DNA of 27,873 nt, from contig CAZPCW010000024.1 of the NCBI GenBank assembly GCA_964585175.1, positions 1-27,873 of the forward strand, written 5' to 3'. Position numbers and translations under genes: made by a program. The notes under the pieces are model-generated. The model saw only the letters and a list, made by a program, of their open reading frames with translations. It was not told the DNA's origin and did no database searches. Below are positions 15,605 to 22,302 of the stretch, in pieces. Numbering within the stretch: the stretch's first letter is position 1; every line of letters begins with the position of its first letter. This DNA is from an uncultured Thermoplasmata archaeon. Lineage in GTDB: Archaea > Thermoplasmatota > Thermoplasmata > Halarchaeoplasmatales > Halarchaeoplasmataceae.

Positions 15605-16570
15605 TCACTCGATCAGCCCTTCTTCTTTCAGCTCTTCGTAGTCCTCTTCGATCAGTTCGTCTATACTTTTCACGTCGAAGTGGTCTTCACCTGTCCATTC
15701 GTTGGCCGCGGACTTGTACATGTCAGAAACGAAAGTGATGAGTTTTTCAGGTAATCTAGGAGGTTCGGACCATTCCTCTTTGGGCAGATCTTCTTCCTTA
15801 GCTTCCTCTATTTCCTCGTGCCATTCGCTACCTCTGTAATAATTTCTGAGCATCTGCTTGCTCAACTTTATACCTTCGTACTCGAACCTGTCCTCGTCCA
15901 GTGTACCCAAAACGTCCGCTAACATCAGCTCGCCTTCACCGTCGAGAGCGACTTCCATCTTTCCGTCGAGATGTTTCCATCCCAGTTCTCTTGCTCTTTC
16001 GTTGATGAATTCGTTCACTTCGACCGCTTTCTCTTTTATCCGATCTATCATTTCGTCTTCGAAACCGGTATGATCCTTTACCTCGTCTAAATTCTTGAAG
16101 TATCTGTCGAATTTCTCGTATTTTGTGCTGAAATCGATGATCGGCGGATCCAATTTAGCATCTACCTCGGGATAACCGTCCAAGCCCAGATCTTCCGGCT
16201 CTATCTTACCTTTGTCGAGCCTTCTGAAAACCGAGCTTCCTTCTCCCAAGTAATTTCTATAGATTATCTCGAGAGGCACCATCATATTCTTGAATTCTTC
16301 CAGTTCGTCTTCGGTAATCACGTTAACTACCTTTACCTTCATCCTGTTCTTCTCTTCCAATTCGACGAAGTGAGTTTTGATCCCCGACTTCTCTAACTCT
16401 TTGAAGTTGTAAGCTCCCATCAGGCAGAGAGCTTCACCTTTTCCTTCTATCTTGTCGGGCATCTCTCCATAGTCGAAAACGCTGTACCTGTCGCTGAATT
16501 CGAACACTCCAAGACCTTCTTCATCTTCAGTAGGCTCTTCTATTATCTCTAGGTCTTTCACACTTCCCAT
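15605..16570 (-). CDS. purC: SAICAR synthetase (long form)
   Basis: GSVKDL, FEFSDRYSVFDYG and KGEALC motifs. Confidence 0.85.
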   Translation of the reverse strand: MGSVKDLEIIEEPTEDEEGLGVFEFSDRYSVFDYGEMPDKIEGKGEALCLMGAYNFKELEKSGIKTHFVELEEKNRMKVKVVNVITEDELEEFKNMMVPLEIIYRNYLGEGSSVFRRLDKGKIEPEDLGLDGYPEVDAKLDPPIIDFSTKYEKFDRYFKNLDEVKDHTGFEDEMIDRIKEKAVEVNEFINERARELGWKHLDGKMEVALDGEGELMLADVLGTLDEDRFEYEGIKLSKQMLRNYYRGSEWHEEIEEAKEEDLPKEEWSEPPRLPEKLITFVSDMYKSAANEWTGEDHFDVKSIDELIEEDYEELKEEGLIE

Positions 16571-16571
16571 C

Positions 16572-17045
16572 TTATCTTACCTCTTTATCGTCTTCATCTA
16601 TCTGCTTCCTGTTTTCCTCTTGATATTCTTTGATCCGTTCCTGAAGGTCTTCATCAGTCAAACCGAGCATCTTCGCTGCAGCTAAAGCTGCCTGCTCTGT
16701 TCCCATGACAACCATAGGACAAACTCCAGAAGGCATCCTCAAGCTTGAAAATATATCGGCACCGGCGAATTTACTGCTGTAAGGCGGACAAGCTATAACA
16801 GGTTTCTCTGTTTGAGCATCGACGAATCCACTCAGTGCATTACTCCTCCCTGCTACGGTTATGTAAACTAGCTCTTCGTCTTCGTACTCATTTATTATAT
16901 CGATAGCTTTCGACGGCACTTTGTGGGCTGAAGCTATCCTCATAACGCTCTCTATCCCGAGTTCACTCAACGTATCCGCTATCTGCTCTGACCAATCCAT
17001 ATCGCTCTTCGATCCCATTATTATTACAGCTTTCATATTCTTCAC
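16572..17045 (-). CDS. purE: PurE (AIR carboxylase / N5-CAIR mutase family)
   Basis: IIMGSKSD, ASAHKVP and AGRSNALSG motifs. SAHK rather than SAHR hints at class II. Confidence 0.85.
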   Translation of the reverse strand: MKNMKAVIIMGSKSDMDWSEQIADTLSELGIESVMRIASAHKVPSKAIDIINEYEDEELVYITVAGRSNALSGFVDAQTEKPVIACPPYSSKFAGADIFSSLRMPSGVCPMVVMGTEQAALAAAKMLGLTDEDLQERIKEYQEENRKQIDEDDKEVR

Positions 17046-17465
17046 CTATTCTATCTTTTCAACAACTTTGTTGTAGATCTCGAACATCTCTTTTATCTCT
17101 TCTATCTTCAAAGAGTAGTATTTCTCTGGGGGTTTTTTCTCATACTCGACCAAACCCATATCATACAGAAGTTTAAGATGCTTTGAAGCGGAAGATTCTG
17201 TCAGGTCCAATTCATCGGCGACTTCGTGGACTGACATCTTCTCTTTATTGCAAAGCATCTGCAAGATGTTCCTTCTTTTTCTAGATCTGATCGCCCTAGC
17301 TAATTTTTCATCAGGCATCATCGGTGGCACTATAGCGGTAATATTTAATAATTTCGCAGTTGAACAATGATTCAACATGAAAAACTCTAATCTTTCTTCC
17401 TCTTCTATAGGTTCTTGATCTTTTACTGAGTCCATGATTGACCATATCATTCTAACAACAACCAA
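17046..17465 (-). CDS. ArsR/SmtB-type wHTH transcriptional regulator
   Basis: RKRRNILQMLCNKEKMSVHEVADELDLTESSASKHLKLLYDMGLV. Its stop directly abuts the purE start (17046/17045). The true start is uncertain because several Met codons are available. Confidence 0.7.
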   Translation of the reverse strand: MVVVRMIWSIMDSVKDQEPIEEEERLEFFMLNHCSTAKLLNITAIVPPMMPDEKLARAIRSRKRRNILQMLCNKEKMSVHEVADELDLTESSASKHLKLLYDMGLVEYEKKPPEKYYSLKIEEIKEMFEIYNKVVEKIE

Positions 17466-17531
17466 CCAGAAACTATAAATTTCTCTCTACTGCTTTTCGC
17501 CGATAATAAGGGAGAAGAACGGGTTGATGAG

Positions 17532-18353
17532 ATGGAATTATACGATGCTATATATAAAAGAAAATCTGTGAGAAAATACTCGGATAGAGGATTGGCCGAA
17601 GATACCCTAAAGAGGATCGAAAAAACTATCGATCTGAGGAACAAGCTAAACAATGAAATCCAAACTGATGTGAGTATCTTAGATGAAAAAACTCTCGGTC
17701 CCGCTCTTTCAGGTATCGTTGGAAGCTACGGTAAGGTCGAAGCACCGCACTACATAGTGGCAAGTTCCGAGAATGGTGACCTGCACTTGGAAAATGTAGG
17801 ATATTCGCTTGAACCGGTGGTTCTACATCTGACTAGAAATGAGATAGGCAGCTGCTGGGTGGGAAAAGGATTAGATGCAGAAAAGTACAAGAGTATGGTC
17901 GAAATGTCCGATCAGCTTGAACCTATAATAATGATCGCATTTGGATATCCTAAAAAGGGGAAAGACGTTTGGAGAGATAACGAAAACGAAGCTAAAAGGA
18001 AAGGATTAGACAAGATCCTATTGCACGATAAAGACCGTCTTTCCGAGGAATGGAAGAAGATCTTAGATGCGGCGAGGATGGCACCTTCCGCCGTGAATTC
18101 TCAACCTTGGAGATTCAAAAAAGACGGGGATCGTCTTCACGTCTATGTATCTAAAAAGGGCGGTCTACTGAACAAAGCTATGAAAAAGTTCGCGAATCTT
18201 GAGGAACTGAATCACATCGACGTCGGTATAGCTCTTAGCCATATCAAAGTCGCGGCTCAAAAAATGTCAAAAAGGATCAAAATCGAAAGATTGAATGATG
18301 TAGAAAAAGAGGATCACGAGTACATCGCTAGTGTTAAAGATATAGAAGGATGA
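17532..18353 (+). CDS. Nitroreductase-family protein
   Basis: N-terminal YDAIYKRKSVRKYSD, and later PSAVNSQPWRF. Confidence 0.8.
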   Translation: MELYDAIYKRKSVRKYSDRGLAEDTLKRIEKTIDLRNKLNNEIQTDVSILDEKTLGPALSGIVGSYGKVEAPHYIVASSENGDLHLENVGYSLEPVVLHLTRNEIGSCWVGKGLDAEKYKSMVEMSDQLEPIIMIAFGYPKKGKDVWRDNENEAKRKGLDKILLHDKDRLSEEWKKILDAARMAPSAVNSQPWRFKKDGDRLHVYVSKKGGLLNKAMKKFANLEELNHIDVGIALSHIKVAAQKMSKRIKIERLNDVEKEDHEYIASVKDIEG

Positions 18354-18410
18354 CCAACCTCTCAAATTTCTTTAAAAAATAATATATATCTCGATTTTTT
18401 TCACCATACC

Positions 18411-19322
18411 ATGGGAGCAATAGTCGAGATCGACCGATTCACCAAAAGGTACAACGGCGAGAAAGCCGTTAACTCTTTAGACTTAAAGGTGAAGAAGGGG
18501 GAGATATTCGGCTTTCTCGGGCCGAACGGAGCGGGAAAAACAACGACTATAAAGACGATGATGAGTCTGCTGAAGCCCACGGGGGGAACGGTCAAGATAA
18601 TGGGGCAGGATATCAATAAAAATAGTACCGCTGTAAGGAGTAATATCGGTTATCTACCAGAAAATATACAGCTTTACAAGAACTTGACCGGTAAAGAAAC
18701 GCTTGAATTTTTTGCTGCCCTGAGAGATGTTCCGAAAAGAGAAGTCAAAGAAAAGTTGAAAAAAGTGAATCTTCTCAAAGCAGCGGATAAAAAGGTAGGA
18801 AAATATTCTAAAGGCATGGTTCAGAGATTAGCCTTCGCTCAGGCTATTCTCGGTGAACCCCCTCTTTTGATCTTGGACGAACCCACTTCAGGTCTGGATC
18901 CAGAAGGTACCAGCAAGCTAAAAGGGCTGGTAAAAAATTACGTAAAAGAAGACAAGACAGTGTTCTTTTCCTCTCACGTGTTACCTAATGTTCAGGAAGT
19001 CGCGGATAGAGTTGGGATAATTGTCGATGGTAAACTGAGAGCTTTGGATTCAGTAAGGAATCTCAGAGATAGGCTAGATATACCGGCTAAACTGAAGTTG
19101 GTCCTTTCAGGAGATATCAAGGAAGTGAAAAAGTCGCTTGAAAAAAGCGGGATGGTGAGGGATTTCCGAAGCGAGGGCGATAGATTTACTATAATATGTG
19201 AAAATAAGAACAAAAGAGATATCATGGATCTTGTCGAGGAAAGTGGAGGTATGATAGATAATTTCTCCACTGAAGAAGGAGATCTTGAAGATATATTCAT
19301 GAGATTTACAGGAGGTGAATAA
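18411..19322 (+). CDS. ABC transporter ATP-binding protein (ABC-2 type)
   Basis: Walker A GPNGAGKTT, signature YSKGMVQRL, Walker B LLILDEPTSGLD. Confidence 0.9.
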   Translation: MGAIVEIDRFTKRYNGEKAVNSLDLKVKKGEIFGFLGPNGAGKTTTIKTMMSLLKPTGGTVKIMGQDINKNSTAVRSNIGYLPENIQLYKNLTGKETLEFFAALRDVPKREVKEKLKKVNLLKAADKKVGKYSKGMVQRLAFAQAILGEPPLLILDEPTSGLDPEGTSKLKGLVKNYVKEDKTVFFSSHVLPNVQEVADRVGIIVDGKLRALDSVRNLRDRLDIPAKLKLVLSGDIKEVKKSLEKSGMVRDFRSEGDRFTIICENKNKRDIMDLVEESGGMIDNFSTEEGDLEDIFMRFTGGE

Positions 19323-19324
19323 AC

Positions 19325-20152
19325 ATGGGAGACGATAAGTTCAGTTCTATATTGACCCTCGCCAAAAAGGAATTTATGGATAACGTTCGGAGCAAGTGGA
19401 TATTACTGCTGACCGCGGCGTTCATCGGATTCATACTGCTGGTAGCGGTTTATCAGGGATATGTACAGGACAGTGCAAGTTTTGAGGATATTATACAATA
19501 CGCTTTGAGTTTGGTTTCCATGTTTTTCTCTCTAATAGCGATCATGTTGGGATACAATGCGATAACTACTGAGATAGAATCCAGCTCTATAGGACTTCTT
19601 TTGACTTCAAAATTGGATAGAAAAGATATCTTAGTAGGAAAATTCCTCGGTCTCGCCTCCGTTTTAGCTTTCTCTATAGTAGTCGGATTGGGCCTTGGAG
19701 GAATAATAAACGGAATCAGCAACGGTTTCGATGGAGGCTGGAATTACTTAGGATTCATCTTTTTTTCGCTGATGTTCAGTCTAGCATTTTTAAGCATCTC
19801 CATGATGATGTCCAGCTTATTCAAAAAGAATTCTAGAGCTTTAGCAGGAGGTATATTCGTTTGGATATTCTTTAATATCATCTGGAGCCTCGTGTTGACA
19901 GGAATAATGGTAGCAAGTGGAGTTGATTTTAACGGGATCACAAGCTTGAGCGATTATCCTAAATGGTATTTCATAGCCGGCCTTGGAAATCCTGAGAATA
20001 TTTTGAGCTACTCTACGACTACTCTGCTCAACGACGGTACAACATATCTTCCCGATATTCTTAGATTAGAACTACTTACCGGATCTCAGCTTGTTTGGAT
20101 AATCGCTCCTCTGTTGGTCGCTTTTCTAGTGTTCAGTAGAAAAGACATATGA
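19325..20152 (+). CDS. ABC-2 family permease
   Basis: Six predicted TM helices. N-terminal LAKKEFMDNVRSKW is typical of NosY-like ABC-2 permeases. Starts 2 nt after the ATPase stop. Confidence 0.8.
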   Translation: MGDDKFSSILTLAKKEFMDNVRSKWILLLTAAFIGFILLVAVYQGYVQDSASFEDIIQYALSLVSMFFSLIAIMLGYNAITTEIESSSIGLLLTSKLDRKDILVGKFLGLASVLAFSIVVGLGLGGIINGISNGFDGGWNYLGFIFFSLMFSLAFLSISMMMSSLFKKNSRALAGGIFVWIFFNIIWSLVLTGIMVASGVDFNGITSLSDYPKWYFIAGLGNPENILSYSTTTLLNDGTTYLPDILRLELLTGSQLVWIIAPLLVAFLVFSRKDI

Positions 20153-20486
20153 GTAGAAAAGTCATTTTTTTCTTTTCTCAATTTACTCTTTATTAAGATA
20201 ATTTGAAAAAAAGAAAATCAAGCATTCTTGGTAAATTGAAAGGAAAACGAGTTTATTATAATGTCTTTGATCGTATTTTGAGGTCTTTTCTAACTGTTAA
20301 CTTATGTAAAATACTCATTTTATCTTGATATCCCTAGATTAAACTAGGCTGAGTATATCGCTAAAAAATGAAGAAGATCATTTCGAATATAATATTTGGC
20401 TATCGACAAGCTCTTTCTGGTATGATATTCCCGTCATCATTATTAAATTCCGATAAAATTTTATACGCCTTCGAGTTTTATTCATT

Positions 20487-20708
20487 ATGATTCCATATAT
20501 ACTGTTAGCTTTCCTGTTCCTGATCGGATTACCGAACGCACTCTGGCCCTACAAAATAGCTAGGTTTAGTGAACAAATCGATGCGATAGGGAGCAAAAGG
20601 GCTTGGTCCGAAGTGGAGCCCGCCGATTGGAAGGTCTATTTGACTAAGTGGAGCGGAATTCTGTTGATGATTTTTGCCGTGATATTTGTCATCATGACTC
20701 TGTTATGA
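20487..20708 (+). CDS. Small two-TM membrane protein
   Basis: Hydrophobic N- and C-terminal helices. TATA-like aaattttata lies about 25 nt upstream. Confidence 0.45.
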   Translation: MIPYILLAFLFLIGLPNALWPYKIARFSEQIDAIGSKRAWSEVEPADWKVYLTKWSGILLMIFAVIFVIMTLL

Positions 20709-20824
20709 TAAAGAGCGAGGGGCAGGAGCGAGGGGCAGTAATGCAATAAAGAGATATCTTTGATTCTAGAGGATTCTATTTAGATTGAAAGATTCTACTA
20801 GCCCGTAAAAACAAGTTCCTTTCT

Positions 20825-20992
20825 CGAACCTAAAGATTCTCATCGCTTTGGTCACAAAAAGAAGTGCTCCCGCCGGGATTCTTGTAGGAATTTTCATCAA
20901 AAATTCCTACAGCTCACAAATCATAGATTTGTTCACGAACCTAAAGGGTCTCATCCCTCTAGTCACAAAAAGAAGTGCTCCCGCCGGGATTC
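20825..20992. repeat. 57-bp direct repeat pair (20825-20881 and 20936-20992) duplicating the 3' end of tRNA-Glu plus its downstream flank
   Basis: The last 31 nt are identical (gtcacaaaaagaagtgctcccgccgggattc), with 5 mismatches in the remainder. The first copy contains the terminal 17 nt of the tRNA but no tRNA body. The 54-nt spacer holds two hairpins. Confidence 0.85.
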
Positions 20993-21050
20993 GAACCCGG
21001 GTCTTTGGCTCGAGAGGCCAAGATGGTTGGCCGAACTACACTACAGGAGC
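20976..21050 (-). tRNA. tRNA-Glu (anticodon CUC), CCA not encoded
   Basis: The minus strand GCTCCTGTAGTGTAGTTCGGCCAACCATCTTGGCCTCTCGAGCCAAAGACCCGGGTTCGAATCCCGGCGGGAGCA folds as a cloverleaf. Anticodon stem TTGGC/GCCAA with loop CTCTCGA; T-arm CCGGG-TTCGAAT-CCCGG. Confidence 0.9.
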
Positions 21051-21063
21051 AAATTACGAAGTA

Positions 21064-21281
21064 ATTTGCGACTTCGGGGAATTTGTTCCCCGTGAGGACA
21101 AATTACGAAGTAATTTGCGACTCAGTGGAAAATCTTATTTTCCACGTTAGGCAAATATGAAAGTAGTGAGCATTTTGCGACTTAGGTGAACTTGTTCCCC
21201 ATGAGGACAAATTACTTCTAATTTGCGACTAAGTGGAAAATCCTATTTTCCACGTTAGGCAAATGTAAACGTAATGAGTGT
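21064..21281. repeat. Two tandem copies of a ~109-bp unit (21064-21172, 21173-21281), each carrying conserved palindromes/hairpins
   Basis: Unit layout: TTTGCGACT, a GGGGAA-n4-TTCCCC hairpin, GAGGAC, a CAAATTAC-loop-GTAATTTG hairpin, GCGACT, a GTGGAAAAT-n3-ATTTTCCAC hairpin, then GTTAGGCAAAT. An extra copy of the CAAATTAC hairpin at 21049-21069 abuts the tRNA-Glu 5' end. Confidence 0.8.
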
Positions 21282-21300
21282 TTCTAACACTAATTTTTCC

Positions 21301-21308
21301 TATATAAT
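21301..21308. promoter_or_regulatory. TATA-like box (tatataat) between tRNA-Glu/repeats and csp, possibly bidirectional
   Basis: AT-rich near-palindromic TATA element about 100 nt upstream of the csp ATG and about 20 nt beyond the end of the tandem repeat. The csp gene has GGAGGTGA at 21395-21402. Confidence 0.35.
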
Positions 21309-21408
21309 AATTTTGTCAGTTCCAAAGGAGCTTTTTTGAGATTTGTATGGAAAATACTATAAAGGGGTGGCAGTTACTAGAACTGAAATCGCATGGAGGT
21401 GAACTCGT

Positions 21409-21603
21409 ATGGAAGGCACCGTTAAGTTCTTCAACGACATGAAGAACTATGGTTTCATCGAGCCCGAAGATGGCGGCGAAGATCTCTTCGTCCATCGCAG
21501 CGGCCTTGAATGCAACTCCCTCACAGAAGGGGACGAAGTTACATTCGAGACCGAAGAAAGTGAAAAAGGGCCCAGAGCTATCAACGTAGAAAAAGTAGAG
21601 TAA
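21409..21603 (+). CDS. csp: Cold-shock domain protein
   Basis: GTVKFFNDMKNYGFIEPEDGGEDLFVHRS contains RNP1/RNP2-like motifs (NYGFI, LFVH). 64 aa. Strong SD. Confidence 0.9.
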   Translation: MEGTVKFFNDMKNYGFIEPEDGGEDLFVHRSGLECNSLTEGDEVTFETEESEKGPRAINVEKVE

Positions 21604-21658
21604 ATAGTTCTTTTCTAAGGTCTATTAAAAATCGTTAGGGACTCACAATCCTCATCTT

Positions 21659-21817
21659 TTACTCAACATTGCTTTTGAATTTGCTCATCACTTTTCGTAT
21701 TTCGTCACATTTTTCGTCTATTTCCTCGTTAGCCTCTGCAGCTTTTGAGAGAGTAGCAGCTACTAAAACAGAGCTGCTCTCATCTTCGTTATCTTCGACT
21801 ATCTTGTTTATACTCAT
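21659..21817 (-). CDS. Small acidic hypothetical protein (52 aa)
   Basis: Absent from the ORF track. Sequence MSINKIVEDNEDESSSVLVAATLSKAAEANEEIDEKCDEIRKVMSKFKSNVE. GGAGGTGA lies 6 nt upstream of the ATG, and TTAAATATA lies about 26 nt further upstream. The overlapping plus-strand ORF 21669..21857 is a low-complexity Ser/Leu mirror. Confidence 0.5.
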   Translation of the reverse strand: MSINKIVEDNEDESSSVLVAATLSKAAEANEEIDEKCDEIRKVMSKFKSNVE

Positions 21818-22039
21818 TCTAATCACCTCCAGATGGTTGCAAATATATTTAATGTGAATAGTCTCATTAAAACTTTTTGTAATTTCGGAAACTCACTATA
21901 GGTTTTTCACTTATCTCCATCTTTTTGCTTCTAAAATTATTTCTTCTTACACTTTATTAATAAAATATAAAGAAAAAGAGTGAAATTGTTTTAGTATAAG
22001 TGGATAAACTGTGTTTTTTGGAACACCCAATGAGACCTA

Positions 22040-22300
22040 TCACTTTTTAATTTCCCCTCTTACATATCGCTCATCCAATAGCTTCTCTGCACTCTTCTCT
22101 GATTCGTGTCTTTTTCGTCTGTTTCCTTCATCACTGACCGTCAATAGATAGATCAAGAGACCAACGACTATCACCGCCAATATCAATAGTATCGGCCAAA
22201 ATCACGAGCCACCCATCATCCCGGTTCCATCCATAGGATGGTGGGTGTCGTTTCCGTTCAAAACTATCGGAACCATCGAAGAAATCAGTTTCGATGTCAT
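22040..22300 (-). pseudogene. SHOCT-like small membrane protein ORF interrupted by an in-frame TGA (or two short ORFs)
   Basis: MTSKLISSMVPIVLNGNDTHHPMDGTGMMGGS, then TGA (22202-22204), then FWPILLILAVIVVGLLIYLLTVSDEGNRRKRHESEKSAEKLLDERYVRGEIKK and a stop. This is a Met/His/Gly-rich head, a TM helix and a truncated LxERYxxGEI SHOCT motif. GGAGGA lies 9 nt upstream of the ATG, inside the copA 3' end. Confidence 0.5.
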
Positions 22301-22302
22301 AT

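Noticed and set aside
20714-20739. Perfect 13-nt tandem duplication gagcgaggggcag x2, just after the stop of the 73-aa membrane ORF.
   Set aside because: It is too short and isolated to interpret, and is likely replication slippage. It is noted only for completeness.
20848-21150. 100-aa plus-strand ORF.
   Set aside because: It spans the att-like repeat, is antisense to tRNA-Glu, and covers part of the hairpin repeats. Its internal peptide repeat (VTKRSAPAGI twice) is just the DNA duplication translated.
21049-21281. Possible CRISPR array, suggested by the palindromic repeats.
   Set aside because: There are only two composite units. Repeat spacing is irregular (49/60/48 nt between TTTGCGACT cores). 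The would-be spacers are themselves conserved between units, and there are no cas genes in the window.
22202-22204. TGA reassigned to Trp/Gly (alternative genetic code) or selenocysteine.
   Set aside because: dtxR (6711-6713), feoB (8666-8668) and copA (22303-22305) all terminate on TGA at positions that give full-length, well-conserved proteins. I could see no SECIS-like element. A nonsense mutation is simpler.
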